Source: Octopus bimaculoides
Taxonomy: Eukaryota
Direction of reading: 5' to 3'
NCBI RefSeq assembly: GCF_001194135.2
Contig: NC_068983.1
Coordinates: forward strand, 35,496,928-35,560,912
DNA: 63,985 nt
Shown: positions 23,254-37,637 of the stretch, in pieces
How the letters are laid out: each line of letters starts with the position of its first letter
Position numbering within the stretch: position 1 is the first letter of the stretch
Notes under the pieces: generated by a model
What the model was told of the DNA's origin: nothing
Databases searched by the model: none
The model's input: the letters and a program-made list of their open reading frames with translations, nothing else
Position numbers and translations under genes: made by a program

Positions 23254-23289
<36 letters not shown>

Positions 23290-25726
23290 GTAACTTAAGA
23301 GACCTATAAAACGTCCAACATATGTAAACAAGAAGATGGCATTGCTGCTTAACTACTGTAGCAAATGGACTGACTAGTGATGGCTTAAATACTTTTGATC
23401 ATAGGGTTGTTTGATCAGGTAAGTAAACCAATTATGCTAATGTCCAAATTCATGAAAACCAAAGCCGCTGTCACCCATGTTACCATGCAAGAATGTATCT
23501 TTAAAAAACAGTGTGAAGCAAGATTGTCCTAAGTTTAAAGTAGATTAAAACCCTTCAAATCAAAATCACCACCATCGATTTAGGCAAGTACATCATCATC
23601 ATCATCATCATTTAACGTCTGCTTTCCATGTGGGCATGGGTGAGACGGTTTGACAGGAGCTGGCCAGGCAGAAGCCTACACCAGACTTCTTTGGCTGGAT
23701 GCCCTTCCTAACACCAACCACCCAGCAGAGTGGGCTTAGTGCTTTTACGTGGCACGAGCACAGGCGAGGTCAGTTTTGGCAAGGTTTTTACAGCTGGATG
23801 CCCTTCCAAATGCCAACCACTTTACAGTGTTGACTCAATGCTTTTTAAGTGGCACCTGCACTGACAGGGGTCACCAAGTAATCTGCAAGACAAAAACCTT
23901 TTGAGAGGGGAGAGGGCATGGGAGGAGGTGATCTTGTGTCAGATGATGAAAGGTTATAGAGAGACAGAAACAGGTGTCTTGCTGTAGAGAAGGTACAAGG
24001 TTACCCAGCCAGAGAGAGAGAGATCAAGAACGAAGACAGAAACAGTTGTGCTGCTGCAAAGGAGATACATGGTTACCTAAAGGAGGTTCATGGTTACGCA
24101 ACCTGAGGGAAGTGCAGAAGAAGGGGAAAGAGAGACATTAGGATAGAGACAGTGGCAAAATGCCAGGTGTACAAGGGACAGGGATCAGAAAATAAATGGG
24201 ATGATTGAGTAAAGGCAGAAGAGGTTCAAAGGTCATAATATAAGTGACAGGATATTGCCAAAGAAATAGGATTAGAGAGTGGGGAGGAAAAATGAGTGAT
24301 GAAAACCTGGGTATATAGAGGCTACCAGATAATAATGATATAGTGAAACAGGGCCATGAAGACAGGATTGAGGAGTGAGAAGTACAAATAAGAAAAAATA
24401 TGAAAAAAGAAAATCCTATGGAAATAGCTAAACTATAAAAATTTTCTCATGCTACCATAAATACTTGTTTCTAATTTAGGCACAAGGCTAGCAATTGTAA
24501 GGGGAGGCAGTAGCTGTTTACGTCAACCACAGTACTTGACTGGTACTTTTTTTTTTAATGATTGAATGAAAAGCTCAAATAACATCAGCAGGATTTGAAC
24601 CCAGAACATAAAGAATCAGAAGAAATACCATAAGGTATTTTTTCCAACACTTATGATTCTGCTTGGTTACTACTATTATAATAATAATTTGGAAATTATG
24701 CACAAGGCCAGCAATTTTTGTGTGGAGGAGTTTAATTAATTAAATCAATCCCAGTATTTGAGTGATTTTGTTGACCCCTATAGATGAAAGCAAAAATTGA
24801 TTGTGGCAAGATAGCACCCAGTAGATTCTGTAAAGTGGTTGGCATTAGGAGGGACATCCAGCCATAGGAACCATGCCAAAACAGACAACTAGAACCTGAT
24901 GCAGCTCCTGTAAAACCGTTCAACCCATGCGGGCATGGAAAACGGGCATTAAATGATAATGAAAAAAAAAAAAAAAAAAGGATCCAGAACAAGGGCTACA
25001 AGGTCATTTATCTGACACTCTATAGATTCTGCCACATTAACCTCCTCAACCAATAGTAAATTCACACATATTAAGTATTTTTCTAAATCATGTAGTGATC
25101 ATTTAAAGACATAAGTAGCAAAACAATTATCTCTTCCATGTTTATATCCTACTTTTTGTAAACTAATGATTGGTTGTCATAAAGTTTTCAGTGGGACAAT
25201 CACTACTTCACTGCATTTCTAATATCCAGATTGACAAGAAATTGCCTGTGTATCCTTCAGAAAGGCTGATATTTTTGCTTGAAACTATCTACTCATTGGT
25301 TTGTTTGTTGTTGTTTTCTTATTTGCCAAAGTATACATCATTTACCAACGTATATCAGCGAACCATTCACAGTTATAACTAACTTTCACAATTTTAGTTG
25401 ACTAAATTTCAGCCAACAAATCATTTGTAAAAGACAGTGGCCAAATTTGCTGCACAGCAGGATCAAACGTAAGATCACAATGTTGTGATGCAAAATTCAT
25501 AACACAGTCATGCTGGCATCTATTCAATTATAACTGGCACTTGAGTTATGAATAATTTTCGAATTTATATATTCTTCAAAATGTAGAGCTTTAATAACAA
25601 AAAAACTGTTAAGATGCTAAGATTTTATTTAAAACTTTATTACTTCAGAATTATCTCCCTTGCTACTTATTTAACCGTTTAGTCTTGAGCTTAAACAAAA
25701 CAAAAATGCTGCTCTATTTTTTGCAG

Positions 25727-25873
25727 TGAAAACCCAGAAAATATTGATTCTTGGTGGTGGCGGTCGTGAACATGCGCTAGCCTGGAAGATTGCTCAATCT
25801 GACCAAGTTCTTAATGTGTACACCTCTCCAGGAAATGCAGGAACAGCGCAAAATGGCAAAATCACTAATGTTG
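25727..25873 (+). CDS. GART: GART exon 2, GARS N-terminus (A|TG KTQKILILGGGGREHALAWK...)
   Basis: ttgcAG acceptor, GTACGT donor; GGGGREHA motif. Confidence 0.95.
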
Positions 25874-27037
25874 GTACGTATATATTTGTCTTTCTTGTTG
25901 TCACTCAGTGTTATTAAGAGCCAAAGAGAGATCCTCCACATGATCATTCAACTTTGCTAGAAATATCAGTCAAATATCCTTCAAATTGCACCAGCCTATC
26001 TTTAAAGGGGTTGGGGTGCAAGAGCACATAATTTAATCTTCAATTTCCCTAAAATGACACTTTTAGTCAAAGTTGGAATCAAAAGTCTGCTGGATCACAG
26101 ATAACCTTGGGTTAAACAGGAACCGCATAGAGCAGAGAGATAACTTTTATATTGGCCATTGGACCTGTATCAGCTAAACTACCAGATAATATAAACCTGT
26201 TCATAAATAACATCCAGTTATTTCTTGATTGTGCCCTTCTTTTTCATCTTGACTGAATAAAGCAGTGAAATTGAGATGGTAAAGAAGTACATCTACTTGG
26301 AGCACAGTGAATACAGACTGAGACATGGAAGGCATTTACATCAATGACAATGTCCTGTATGAACTTTTATATGCAAGTGAGATATGGGCTGCTACAAAGA
26401 AGTTCCTGGCTTTAAGGGTATCGCAAAAGGCCCAACCTTCCAAGTTCTTTTACAGGGCTTAGACTGCTGCAATAGTGTGTGAATCTGAAAGGGGAATGTG
26501 TTGAATAAAACCATATTCAACTGATCCTCCTATATTTCCTTTTACCCAAAGTCAGGAACTTTTCAACCCCCCCCCCCCACACACACACACATTCACATCA
26601 CATTTCAGTTCACATATAAGTGAGAAAGTACACTATACACCGAGTTTATATCTCCATCTTTATTAAAAGCTAACAAAATACTCTTTTATTACCAGAATGA
26701 ATGCATAGAAGTGGAAATTTGGAGTAACGATAGTGAAATATCTTAACTGAATAACAAACTCTTATTCACTCTGCTGAGTGGTTGGTGTTAGGAAGGGCAT
26801 CCAGCCGTAAAAACCCTTCCAAAATAGACACAGAAGTCTGGTGCAGGCTTCTACCTGGTCGGATCCTGTCAACTGTCCAACCCATGCCAGCATGGAAGGC
26901 GGGCACTAAACAATGATAACAGTTACATATGTTGAGTACTTTTTCTCTCTTACATACTTGCATGCATGCGCACACACACTCACACACACATATATATATA
27001 AGGAGTATGTTTTTATTTATCCATTTTTTGCTTCCAG

Positions 27038-27160
27038 AACTCAAAGTTAAAGACTTCCCAGGAGTTGTCAGTTGGTGTAAAGAGAATTGTATAAATCTGG
27101 TGATTGTAGGACCAGAAGATCCCTTAGCTGCTGGAATTGCTGATTTTCTTCAGGAACATG
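27038..27160 (+). CDS. GART: GART exon 3 (ELKVKDF...VIVGPEDPLAAGIADFLQEH)
   Basis: AG/GT boundaries, phase 1/1; VGPE.PL motif. Confidence 0.95.
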
Positions 27161-28504
27161 GTTAGATTTTTGAAATTTTACAGCATGCTTGCAATAGCAT
27201 TATGTATGTATATAAATGATGTATAAGGTGTATAGAGTTTGTGTGCTCTTCTGCTGACTATAGACCAACATATCTTTTACATTTTATTTGTTTCAATCAT
27301 TTGACTGTGGCCATGAAGGGTTTTAATCAAATGAATCAATGCCGGTATTTAATTTTTATGTCTGGTATTTATTCTATCAGTCTTTTGTTGAACTACTATG
27401 TTATGGGGAATTAACCCTTTCATTACTGTATTTATTTTGAGATGCTCTGTGTTTCTTTCAGTTAGTTTTAGATATAACAAAGAATTTAGTAAAATAGCTT
27501 AGTTACCATTAAGCTAGTGTTAAGAACATAAATTGTGACTAAAGTTTGGCGGAAGATTTTAATTCAAAACTTAGGAAAGCAAGACATTTGTACTACAGAG
27601 CCAGAGGCTGTTTCAGCCAGGTTGGTATTGAAAGGGTTAAACAACAATTGTCAAGTGGTGATGGTGGGGGACAAGCACAAAGCAGGGCTAAGGAGTCAGT
27701 TGGAAACAATTAAGGAGTAGTTGGAGTCTGTACTGACTCCGACTCACAATATCTTTATTCTTTAATATAAACCAGTTATAACATATAGGCCTACTCAAAA
27801 TACAAGCGTATGCATATGCTTTATGAGATATGTAGTCCACAATCACTTAATTACATAAAGAGGAGTCGGAGGTACCAATAGCAAAGGAGTCACAGTCAAA
27901 GTTTTTAGTTTCAACCCCACAGCCCTGATACAAAGACACATTGAATGTAATATAAAAATCAAAATTTTTTATTTTTAATAAGAAAATAAGAAAATCAAAT
28001 GAAGACCCTATTATATGTCTGAGGTCAAATTATTCATGCATCAAAAGTATGGGAGTAATTGATAAAGCTGTTTTCGCATTGAAAGTGAATATGCACGCAT
28101 CTCTATTTTATATATTAGATATATATATATATATGGTATGGTGGACTCTCCCATCGAAGAATGACCTGCACAAAGGATTTGGTTATTGTGATCAAATGTT
28201 CATGTTACATATTAGCTTACTCTCACCATCAAATTGACATTGTCTAAACAGCTGCACAGTGTACCACGTTTCAGGTGTGAAAGGGATCATAGAGCAACGT
28301 GAGATCACCTAAATTGTGAGTGCAACACCCTGACTACTAAACCACACACCTTTATAATCTATACACACACACACACACATGACAGGCTTCTTTCAGCTTC
28401 CATCTACTATGTCCACTTTTGTCAGCCCAGGGCGTTTTGAAGATTATTTAATATATACCTAACATCAAAATTATAACAAGAAACAAAACATTTGCATATA
28501 TATA

Positions 28505-28883
28505 TATGGTGTCCCAGAAGTCACGCACCATTCTGGTTTTCATTAAAAATAATTGTCACAAGCAAAAGCGAAATCGTGATGGCACCTCGGAGCGGTTGGC
28601 GTTAGGAAAGGCATCCAGCTGTAGAAACTTTGCCAGATCAGATTGGAGCCTGGTGCAGCCATCTGGTTCATCAGTCCTCAGTCAAATCGTTCAACCCATG
28701 CTAGCATGGAAAGCGGACGTTTAAACGATGATGATGATTTTTTTTTTCCTAATTTATTTTATTGCAGAGGGTGCTGAATTTGAGCATTTGTTATGATTAA
28801 TTTCTATAAAGTGTTCTTGAAATCAATAAAGGTGTATTTTTCTTTAAAAAACCAGGATGGCATGCGACTTCTGAGAAACCCTG
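28505..28883. mobile_element. Tc1/mariner-type MITE with an RTE 3' tail inserted
   Basis: Imperfect TIRs GGTGTCCCAGAAGTCACGCACCATTCTGGTTTT and AAAACCAGGATGGCATGCGACTTCTGAGAAACC, TA-flanked; RTE tail at ~28578-28735. Confidence 0.65.
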
Positions 28884-29646
28884 TATATATGATAGTTGGG
28901 TTTTAAATTTTGTTCTTTCCAGTTTATCTGTCTTTTACTTGTTTCAATCATTTAACGTCCGCCATGATGGGGCTACACCTTGAAGGGTTTCTTGTTGGGC
29001 AGATCGATCCCAATACTTATTTTATCGGTTTTCTTTTGCTGAACCGCTAAATTGCAGGGATGTAAACAAACCAACACCACTTGTCAAACAGTGATAGATG
29101 ACAGATACATGCACATTTACACATACGATGGGCTTCTACACAGTTTCTGTCAAAAAATTCTGTCTGACCCATGCAAGCACGGAAAAGAGGATGTTAAGAT
29201 GATGTCATGCCATCCTAAATATGTTGATGCACTTAACCGGTGGGAGACAAGGAAAATAGTTGAAGTTTGATTATTGTGTATAATGCAATTGACTATTACT
29301 CAGTTTTAAAAAGATGAGAGAAAATTATGAGATGACATTATACACAAATAAATAAATAAATATGGAGAGTGTTTTCCTCCTATGACTCACTGGACTATGG
29401 GTTTAGTGATTACAATGCTTCAGGCATTTTCAACAAAATATTACACTACAACTGACTCAACATTAGTCATTGCAATATAAAAGGAGATAATGATATTTTG
29501 AAATATTTGTGTGTGTGTGTATATATATATATTTAACACCCAACATATATTTTTCTTATATTTCCCTTTATACTACTTATATCTTTCCCTTTCCAAAATA
29601 ACTTTTTATATTGAACTCTACTATTTCTTTCTATTTAACTCATAAC

Positions 29647-30050
29647 GTCTCTGATAATGGGGTATTTTTTGTATCCCTGAAACAGCTGTAAGACTACCTT
29701 TCTATTTATAAATGCCCTAGAAATATTACATTGCCTTGGCTTTATCTTATTTTATTTAACACACTCATACACACACAAAGTTAATGCTTTTTTGGGGCCT
29801 GCAATCGCCTATATTAATTCTGTTATCATTTTTTAAATGTTTCTGATAATGGGATATCTTTTGTGTCCCTGAAACAGCTGTAAGACTACCTTTTTCTTTA
29901 TAAAATGTCCTACAAATTTCACACTGCCTTGGATTTGTTGTCTCACTTTATTTAACACATACACACATATATATATACATGTGTGTGTGATGCTTATTTT
30001 GGGCCTGCAGTTGCCTATATTATTGATTCTGTTATTATCATTTTTAAATT
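29647..30050 (+). repeat. ~192-bp tandem repeat (two hammerhead-like motifs plus a third partial unit), retrozyme-like
   Basis: CTGATAA-stem II-GAAAC-AGCT-GTA-AGAC at 29651-29694 and 29843-29886. Confidence 0.7.
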
Positions 30051-30165
30051 GTTACACTAGATAATAACAGAGTCAATGGTATCTTCACAAATTATTTTTA
30101 CATGAATTTTTTTTTTCTCGTCAATTGTTTGTTCCATATTGATATATATCTTTTTTTTTCTGAAG

Positions 30166-30313
30166 GAATTAAATGTTTTGGCCCCAGTGCTAAAGCAGCT
30201 CAAATTGAAGCTAGCAAAGAATTTGCAAAGAATTTCATGATTCGTCATGATATTCCAACTGCTCGTTTCAAGACATTCACCAAGGCAGATGAGGCCTACG
30301 AACACATTAGAAG
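30166..30313 (+). CDS. GART: GART exon 4 (GIKCFGPSAKAAQIEASKEFAK...EHIR)
   Basis: AG/GT, phase 1/2. Confidence 0.95.
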
Positions 30314-30946
30314 GTGAGTTGCTCACTTTTCTCACCTGTATCCCATAGTTATCATTGATTTAATATTTATTTCTACTTACTGGTATGATGTTTCAGTAAG
30401 TCTTCTATTCATATATATCATGCTTGTTTTTTGTTTTTCTATTATCTACTTAGCTCTTTTCTGTCTTGCATGGATCCTCTGTGCCCATCATACGTCTGCA
30501 ATGGTGTAGTTATTTGAAATATATCACAGGAAAATCTGACATTGTTTGAGACGGACCCAACTGATTTATTTAAACATTTCTTAACCCTATAGAAGCCATT
30601 GTTGTGATGTATATCTGTCCGAATAATTCATACCCATATACACACACCTATTCTAAGCATAGTATTATATTTACATCATAAATATCAGTTTTACAGCCTG
30701 TATGACAATTCTCCTGACCAAAATATAAACAACTAAACAATTGGTCTGAAAGAAGATAAAACTGAGAATTGGTAGTCCAATAAAGTAATTGATTTGTAAT
30801 AAATGTATGGTTTCATACTTTACTAAATTTGTTTTTTCCACAAAATATACTTGTGAAATAGGGATGCATCTTATGTGCTGGCAAATACAGAATTTGATTT
30901 TACTGAATACACCAACATATAATTTGTTTTCCTTTGTTTACTCCAG

Positions 30947-31058
30947 TGCTCCATACAAAGCATTAGTGGTGAAAGCAAGTGGGTTGGCTGCTGGCAAAGG
31001 AGTGATCGTCGCTAGTTCAGTGGAAGAAGCTTGTCAATCAGTTAAAGATATTCTTGAG
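30947..31058 (+). CDS. GART: GART exon 5 (ALVVKASGLAAGKGVIVA...)
   Basis: AG/GT, phase 2/0; ATP-grasp motif. Confidence 0.95.
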
Positions 31059-31896
31059 GTAAAGTAGCCATATTTAACCGATCTAAAATTCCTCTAGTCT
31101 TTATCTCCACCATTCGTTACTTGCTACTATCAGCTATTTTTATATACTTCTGTTTTCTTCCGTAACTACCTGGTTACTTTACCTGTATATTTCTTCTCTT
31201 TGTGCTTCACCTGTTTCTCTTTTCCTCTCTCTAAGTTAGCAACTGGTTTTTTCCACTCACCCTTGCTACTGTATTTCCTAGCAAGCAAGTCAAATTTTTC
31301 AGACCAAACTTTACTACCAAAAATGTGAAGTCAGTTTATACACCAAGACAGCTTTGGCAGACTGGAAATTCCACGAGGACTGCAACAGAATTTGGAAAGA
31401 TAGTGATGCCTGAATGTTTTCACTACATGTTTACACTTTATCTACATTGGCATATATGCTGAAAAATGCAGTATTTGATTGTATACCTTTCTATATCTGC
31501 TCTTCCTCTCTCTTTTCACTTCACCCATCTCCATAATTCTTGTAACCTTCTTATCTCAAACTCATCCTCTGGTAGTCTCCATGTTTCTCATTGGTATTCT
31601 TTCTACTCTTCATACTTTACCAATTTCTGTTTCCCTCTAGTACTCTGCTTGTCTTCATAGCTCACTCCACCATCTGCCTATCTCAATGTTTCCTACTTAT
31701 ATACCAATCCTCTCTTCTGCAGTTATACTCTTTCCTCTCAACCACAGCTGTACTCTCTCCATTCAACTGCAATTGTACTCTCTCCTCTCCACTACAACTG
31801 TACTCTCTTCATCAAAACTGTACTTTCCTTTCTATTACAACAATAGTCCCCCCACCCCAATCCTATTCACTGAAGACTTTTCGCTATTTTGTTCAG

Positions 31897-31965
31897 GACA
31901 AGAAATTTGGTGCCGCTGGTGAGACTGTCATTATTGAAGAATTACTTGAAGGAGAAGAAGTGTCT
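31897..31965 (+). CDS. GART: GART exon 6 (DKKFGAAGETVIIEELLEGEEVS)
   Basis: AG/GT, phase 0/0. Confidence 0.95.
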
Positions 31966-33639
31966 GTAAGTCAACAATTTATTAATGTTCTGTGAATTTC
32001 GTATGAAGTTCAGTAATTAGGTGGCAAGTAATGCTGTTCAATGGGTTTCAAACCCCACAGAGGACATTGTTGTGATTTATATCTGTCTAAATGACAAAGA
32101 TACCCATATACACATGCACACAGTTATTCTAAACATAATATTGATTTCAAACTTTGGCACAAGGCCAGCAATTTGAGGGGAGGGGCTAAGTCTATTGAAT
32201 CAACCCTAGTGCTCAACTGGTACTTATTTTATTGACCCCCAAAGGATGAAAGGCAAAGTTGACCTCTGAAGAAAGACAGATGAAATGCCACTAGGCATTT
32301 TGTCCAGCATGATGACAATTCTGCCAGCTCAATGCCTTAATCCTAAACATAATATTGTTAAATGTTTCAAATAAACTAATGATTATAGCATGTCCTCTAG
32401 GATTTGACCCTATTCAGGAAGAGATCCTCTATGTGGTCACCCTTATCTGCTTGAAATATTTGTCATAATTCATGTCTCACCCTTTCTTAAAATAAGATGA
32501 ATGCCTTTGGTAATGATGATGATGTAGTTTGAGACGCTAATAGAAGATGAGATAGTGATTTCTGGTACAGAAGGGACCTTGGGCTAAATTGCAACGTTAT
32601 CATTGTCATTTTAATGTTCACTTTAGCATACCTGCATGGGTCAGATGAATTTTATTGAGGCAGTTTTCTGTGATTGGGTGTCCTTCCTGTTGCCAATCCT
32701 CACCTGTTTCCATGCAAGGTAATATTTTCCCATGGTCAGACATATTTTTCATGAAAGACTGGAAACAAACAACCTCACTTGGATATGATGGTAATGCTCA
32801 TTTACAACTATCACATGATATCAAAACAAGGGTATACACACACACAGCAGCCTTCTTTCAGTTTCCTTCTACCATATCCACCAACAACACTTTGGTCAGC
32901 ATGGGTCTACAGTAGAAGACACCTGTCCAAAGTGTCACACAGTGGGACTGAACTCAAGGTCACTTGGTTGGGAAGCAAACTCCTTAACCACATGGCCATG
33001 CTTGTGCCAACCCCAATTATTCACAGTACCCAGTCACGGGTTTAATGTTTTAAAAGACATTCAGCACTTAAGTTTTTGTTTCTTTACTCTCTAAAAGTGT
33101 CTTAAATTTGTAGAACTAGACAACCCACAATGAAATATTTCTTCATAAATACCAATCCTGTCTTTACTTTGCATGTGGTATCTGTTTAGGTGTCATCTAT
33201 CTATCGGTGTATGTATGCACATGCAAGGGTGTAGGTATTTGTGCTTCTTTGTCTCAACATCACATGATAGTTGTAAATGGACACCACTATCAAACAACCA
33301 GTGTCCTTCGTTTGCAAAACTTGCCTGGCCATGGAGAAATATTACCTTCCTTGAAAATATGTCTAAGTTGGTGACAAGAAGGGTATCTGAACATACAAAA
33401 TCTTCCTCGACAATCTGATCCACTTGTAAGAACGAACTTGTAGTGAATTGTCCTCTCGTAATTCCACCAGACACAGAGCATCAACTTGTATTCAAAATGG
33501 TCTTGTTTGGTGACAAGGTTTCAGAAGCTGGCCCTTGCTTAACCATTGCTTCTGCCCCTGAGATTGCAGAAAAATATCTCCCTCAGATTATTACGTGTTC
33601 TGATCCCTGACTCTCTTCTTGTGCTTGCGATGCTTCATC

Positions 33640-33777
33640 AATCATGTTGAGGTGGAAGCGTCAGTGAAGGAGTTCTTCACCTCAAAGGAGAAGAACTGGC
33701 ATTAGTATGCAATCAAAGAACTGAGAGAAAGGTGGCTTCAGACGGTACACCACGATAGCCTCTACTTTGAATACTAG
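33640..33777 (+). mobile_element. Mariner transposase C-terminal remnant
   Basis: VKEFFTSKEKNWH*YAIKELRERWLQTVHHDSLYFEY* resembles the mariner end FF..K...Y..GI..L.ERW......G.YFE. Confidence 0.6.
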
Positions 33778-33812
33778 GCTGCTTTTGTTGTAACTTGATG
33801 AATAAAGCATAT

Positions 33813-34230
33813 ATCATCATCATCATTGTTTAACGTCCGCTTTCCATGCTAGCATGGGTTGGATGATTTGACTGAGGACTGGTGAACCAGATGGCTACAC
33901 CAAGCTCCAATCTGATTTGGCAGAGTTTCTACAGCTGGATGCCCTTCCTAACGCCAACCACTCCAAGAGTATAGTGGGTGCTTTTACGTGCCACCGGCAC
34001 GAGAGCCAGTCAGGCAGTACTGGCAACGGCCACGCTCAAGATGGTGTATTTTATGTGCCACCTGCACAGTAGCCAGTCCAGCAGCACTGGCAACAATCTC
34101 GTTCGAATGTCTTTACACGTGCCACCGGCACAAGTGCCAGGAAGGCAACGCTGGGCACAGGTGCCATCACGATTTCGCTTTCACTTGCCCCAACAGGTCT
34201 TCGCAAGCCGAGTTTAGTGTCCAATGTTAC
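33813..34230 (-). mobile_element. RTE 3' UTR copy with (GAT)n tail. Similar copies lie near 5055, 9376, 23591, 35130, 37870(+), 39780, 53808, 60553 and 63742.
   Basis: Matches the 3' UTR of the LINE at 14215-14760. Confidence 0.85.
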
Positions 34231-34773
34231 CAAAATATTGCAAAACTTTTAACACAACACAATATATATATTTTTATTCATTTATACATAATTGACAAAT
34301 GCTTTATGATGAGATTTTGGGTAGAGGAAACCATAGAAAGGCGTGACATGTGTATGTATATTTGTTGAGTTGCGTCACTTTTTGTTATTGAGATATCTGA
34401 CTAAACATTCTTGAAAGTGGTGTGTCAGCATGGTCACAGTCCAATGACTGAAACCAGTGAAAGAGTAGTGAATATTAGACTTTCTTTTTGCAGTGCAAGG
34501 AGACAGTAGAAATGTAGTTGGACTCTCGTTTGAAACAGCAAGGCACCTTTATTTTTGTTACACAATAGGAACCTTCAACTAACAGCTGTTGCAATATTTT
34601 GCATCACTTATATGCTGATGTGAGTTTCCATACAAGTGATGTGACAAACAGCTGGGTTTACTTATATATTAATGTATACACATTGCTAGATATAATACTA
34701 CAATTTATACATATCTTGAATAATTATTTTGTGTTGAATGTATTATTTTCTTTCAAATCTCTTCTCTTTTTAG

Positions 34774-34965
<192 letters not shown>

Positions 34966-35851
34966 TAATGCTTATTTATTAATATTGCTTTCAATTAATC
35001 ATGCATTATCTCATCGCTTTGAGGTTTCAATGATGTGATTGTTTACTTTTAGAGTGACATTGTAGGGTAAGTGTGAGAAGCTGGATCTAGCTAGTTTGAA
35101 CATAAAGCAGGTAAAATATGTTGGCCAGATATCATCATTATCATCATCATCATTTAGCATCCATTGTCCATGCTGGCATGGGTTGGATGGTTTGACTGGG
35201 CTGGCACACTGGAAGACTGCACCAGACTCCAGTCTGAGTTGGCATGGTTTTCTACGGCTGGATGCCCTTCCTAACACCAACACTCTGAGAGTGTAATTGG
35301 TGCTTTTACATGCTACTGGCATGGGTGCCATTTGTGTGACACTGGGATGCATTTAAATGGCTGGTTTAAATGCTAAAGGGTTAGAAAAATGTGACATGAC
35401 TTTACTATTTGACAATTAAAACCAGTGGCAAAGGACAAAAGTGATGGTGCATGGTCTAATGGTTAAGGTGTTGCACTCTCAATCACAAGATTGTGATTTC
35501 AATTACCAGATCAGGCGGTGCATTGTGTTCTTGAGCAAAACACTTTGTTTCCCATTGCTCCAGTCCACTCAGCTGTAAGCGGATAACCTTGCAATGGACT
35601 GGCATCCCATTCTGGGCTTTGCAAACATTGTAAGCAACCTTGTGAGTCCTAGGACTCGAGAAGTAATGTCTGAGGGTTGATGATGATGAAAAGACAAAAC
35701 TAAAGTGATATTTGTTGTTATGGTGATCAAAATATTTCGATGATTATAAGATTTTAGATATTAAGTTGTTGTTTTTCTTTTGCATATGTTTATTTGAATT
35801 TTGGTGTTATTTGTTTCAAATCATCATTTATAATTTGTTTCAATGTATCAG

Positions 35852-35939
35852 ATTACAGATTCTGAACTGAAACTTGTTACAGAGACTGTTCTACAAAAAG
35901 CTGTTGATGGACTGAGATCAGAGGGAATGCCATTTGTAG
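35852..35939 (+). CDS. GART: GART exon 8 (ITDSELKLVTETVLQKAVDGLRSEGMPFV)
   Basis: AG/GT, phase 0/1. Confidence 0.93.
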
Positions 35940-37129
35940 GTAAGTAAATACCTGACAACTTACTCCCTGTAGCATTCAGATTATTCTGTCAGATGTAATA
36001 TTTATTCACATTGTTTTGAATCTGTCATGCATTATCTCATGGCATTGAGATTTCAAGGATAACATTATTTATTTTTAGACTGATATTGTAGGGTAGGTTT
36101 GAGAAGCCAGATCTAGCCAGTTTTATAACATAAAACAGGTAGAATATTTAGTTAGGCTGGATATGGCCAGTTTAAATGCTAAAGGGTTAATGTACCTTTT
36201 TGACAAAAACAAAAAAATTGAAATCTTTATAATAGATTCATATTAGCTGAGAGCTTCTGTTACTTAGGCAACCTAATTAGCAACAAGAAAAGGATATACT
36301 GAAAGCATAACAGCCAGAATTAAAACATGGTGGAGAAAGTTTGAGGAACTGTTATCCCTGATGGTGATAGGTGGTTTCTCTTTCCGGTCTATGAACTGCT
36401 GCATAGTAGTGAAAGAACTGAGAGAAAAAACTTGGTAAAAGAGGAAGCATCTGTGATGTGCAAGAGTGATGGCTATGTTAGTATGGACATGTAATAATGG
36501 GTGAAGAAGTGCTAGGAGATTCATGTAGAAAGATAGTAGAAGAGGAAGACTAAGGAGGACGTGGGCAGATGTGAAGGTCATTCAGGAAGCTGAATGTCTC
36601 AAACGAGAAAGAAAGACAAGTGGTAGGAAACTGTTGGAGGGACTCATCCAGCACATGCAAGTATAGAAAATCAAAAAGGAAAAAAACATGATGATTAGTT
36701 ATGTACTGGATCAGTAACCCAATGGTCTTGAGATCAAAACTTCTTTTTTACAGTATGACTTTTTCACTTAAATGAAAGCAACATGCCATTTTTGCCTGAT
36801 TGACAATACCAAATACTCAATCTTGTTTTAAAAATTTCTTTTTAATTACTGACATCCTACACACTGAATACATCAATGTGATGAGAGTAGTGAAATATAC
36901 CTTTTCTTTTTTTCTCAAGCTTATAAGTAAATGGAGCTTCTGGCTCAAATGCCAAGCAGTACAGCATGTCGTATCCAAATTTCTGACAGTGAATTGCGTC
37001 ATGGTGCTGTTTTTCTCACAGACGGTGTCCAACTGACCCTACTATACTGTGTAGTCGACAAAATCAAAAACAATGTATGCACAAAATTAAAAATATAAAA
37101 TGGTGACAATTTACCCATCACACCCTATG

Positions 37130-37164
<35 letters not shown>

Positions 37165-37394
37165 GCGCGCGCGCCCACATATATATATATACACTTGTCT
37201 ACATATATATATATTTCCATGGGTTTAAAATTATTAAAAACATTTTATTTTTTTATAATTTTATACTTTCATCCAGTATTGGACCATTATCATTCATATA
37301 TATATATATATATTCATACACACACTTTTTATATGCTTTTTCATGTGTTACACTCAGCAAACTAATGTAAGCACTCGTGTTTTTATCAGACTGA

Positions 37395-37637
<243 letters not shown>

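Noticed and set aside
23330-23424. Strong CAG|GTAAGT donor in GART intron 1 as the true first coding exon
   Set aside because: An in-frame TGA lies two codons upstream and splicing would give GTG, not ATG.
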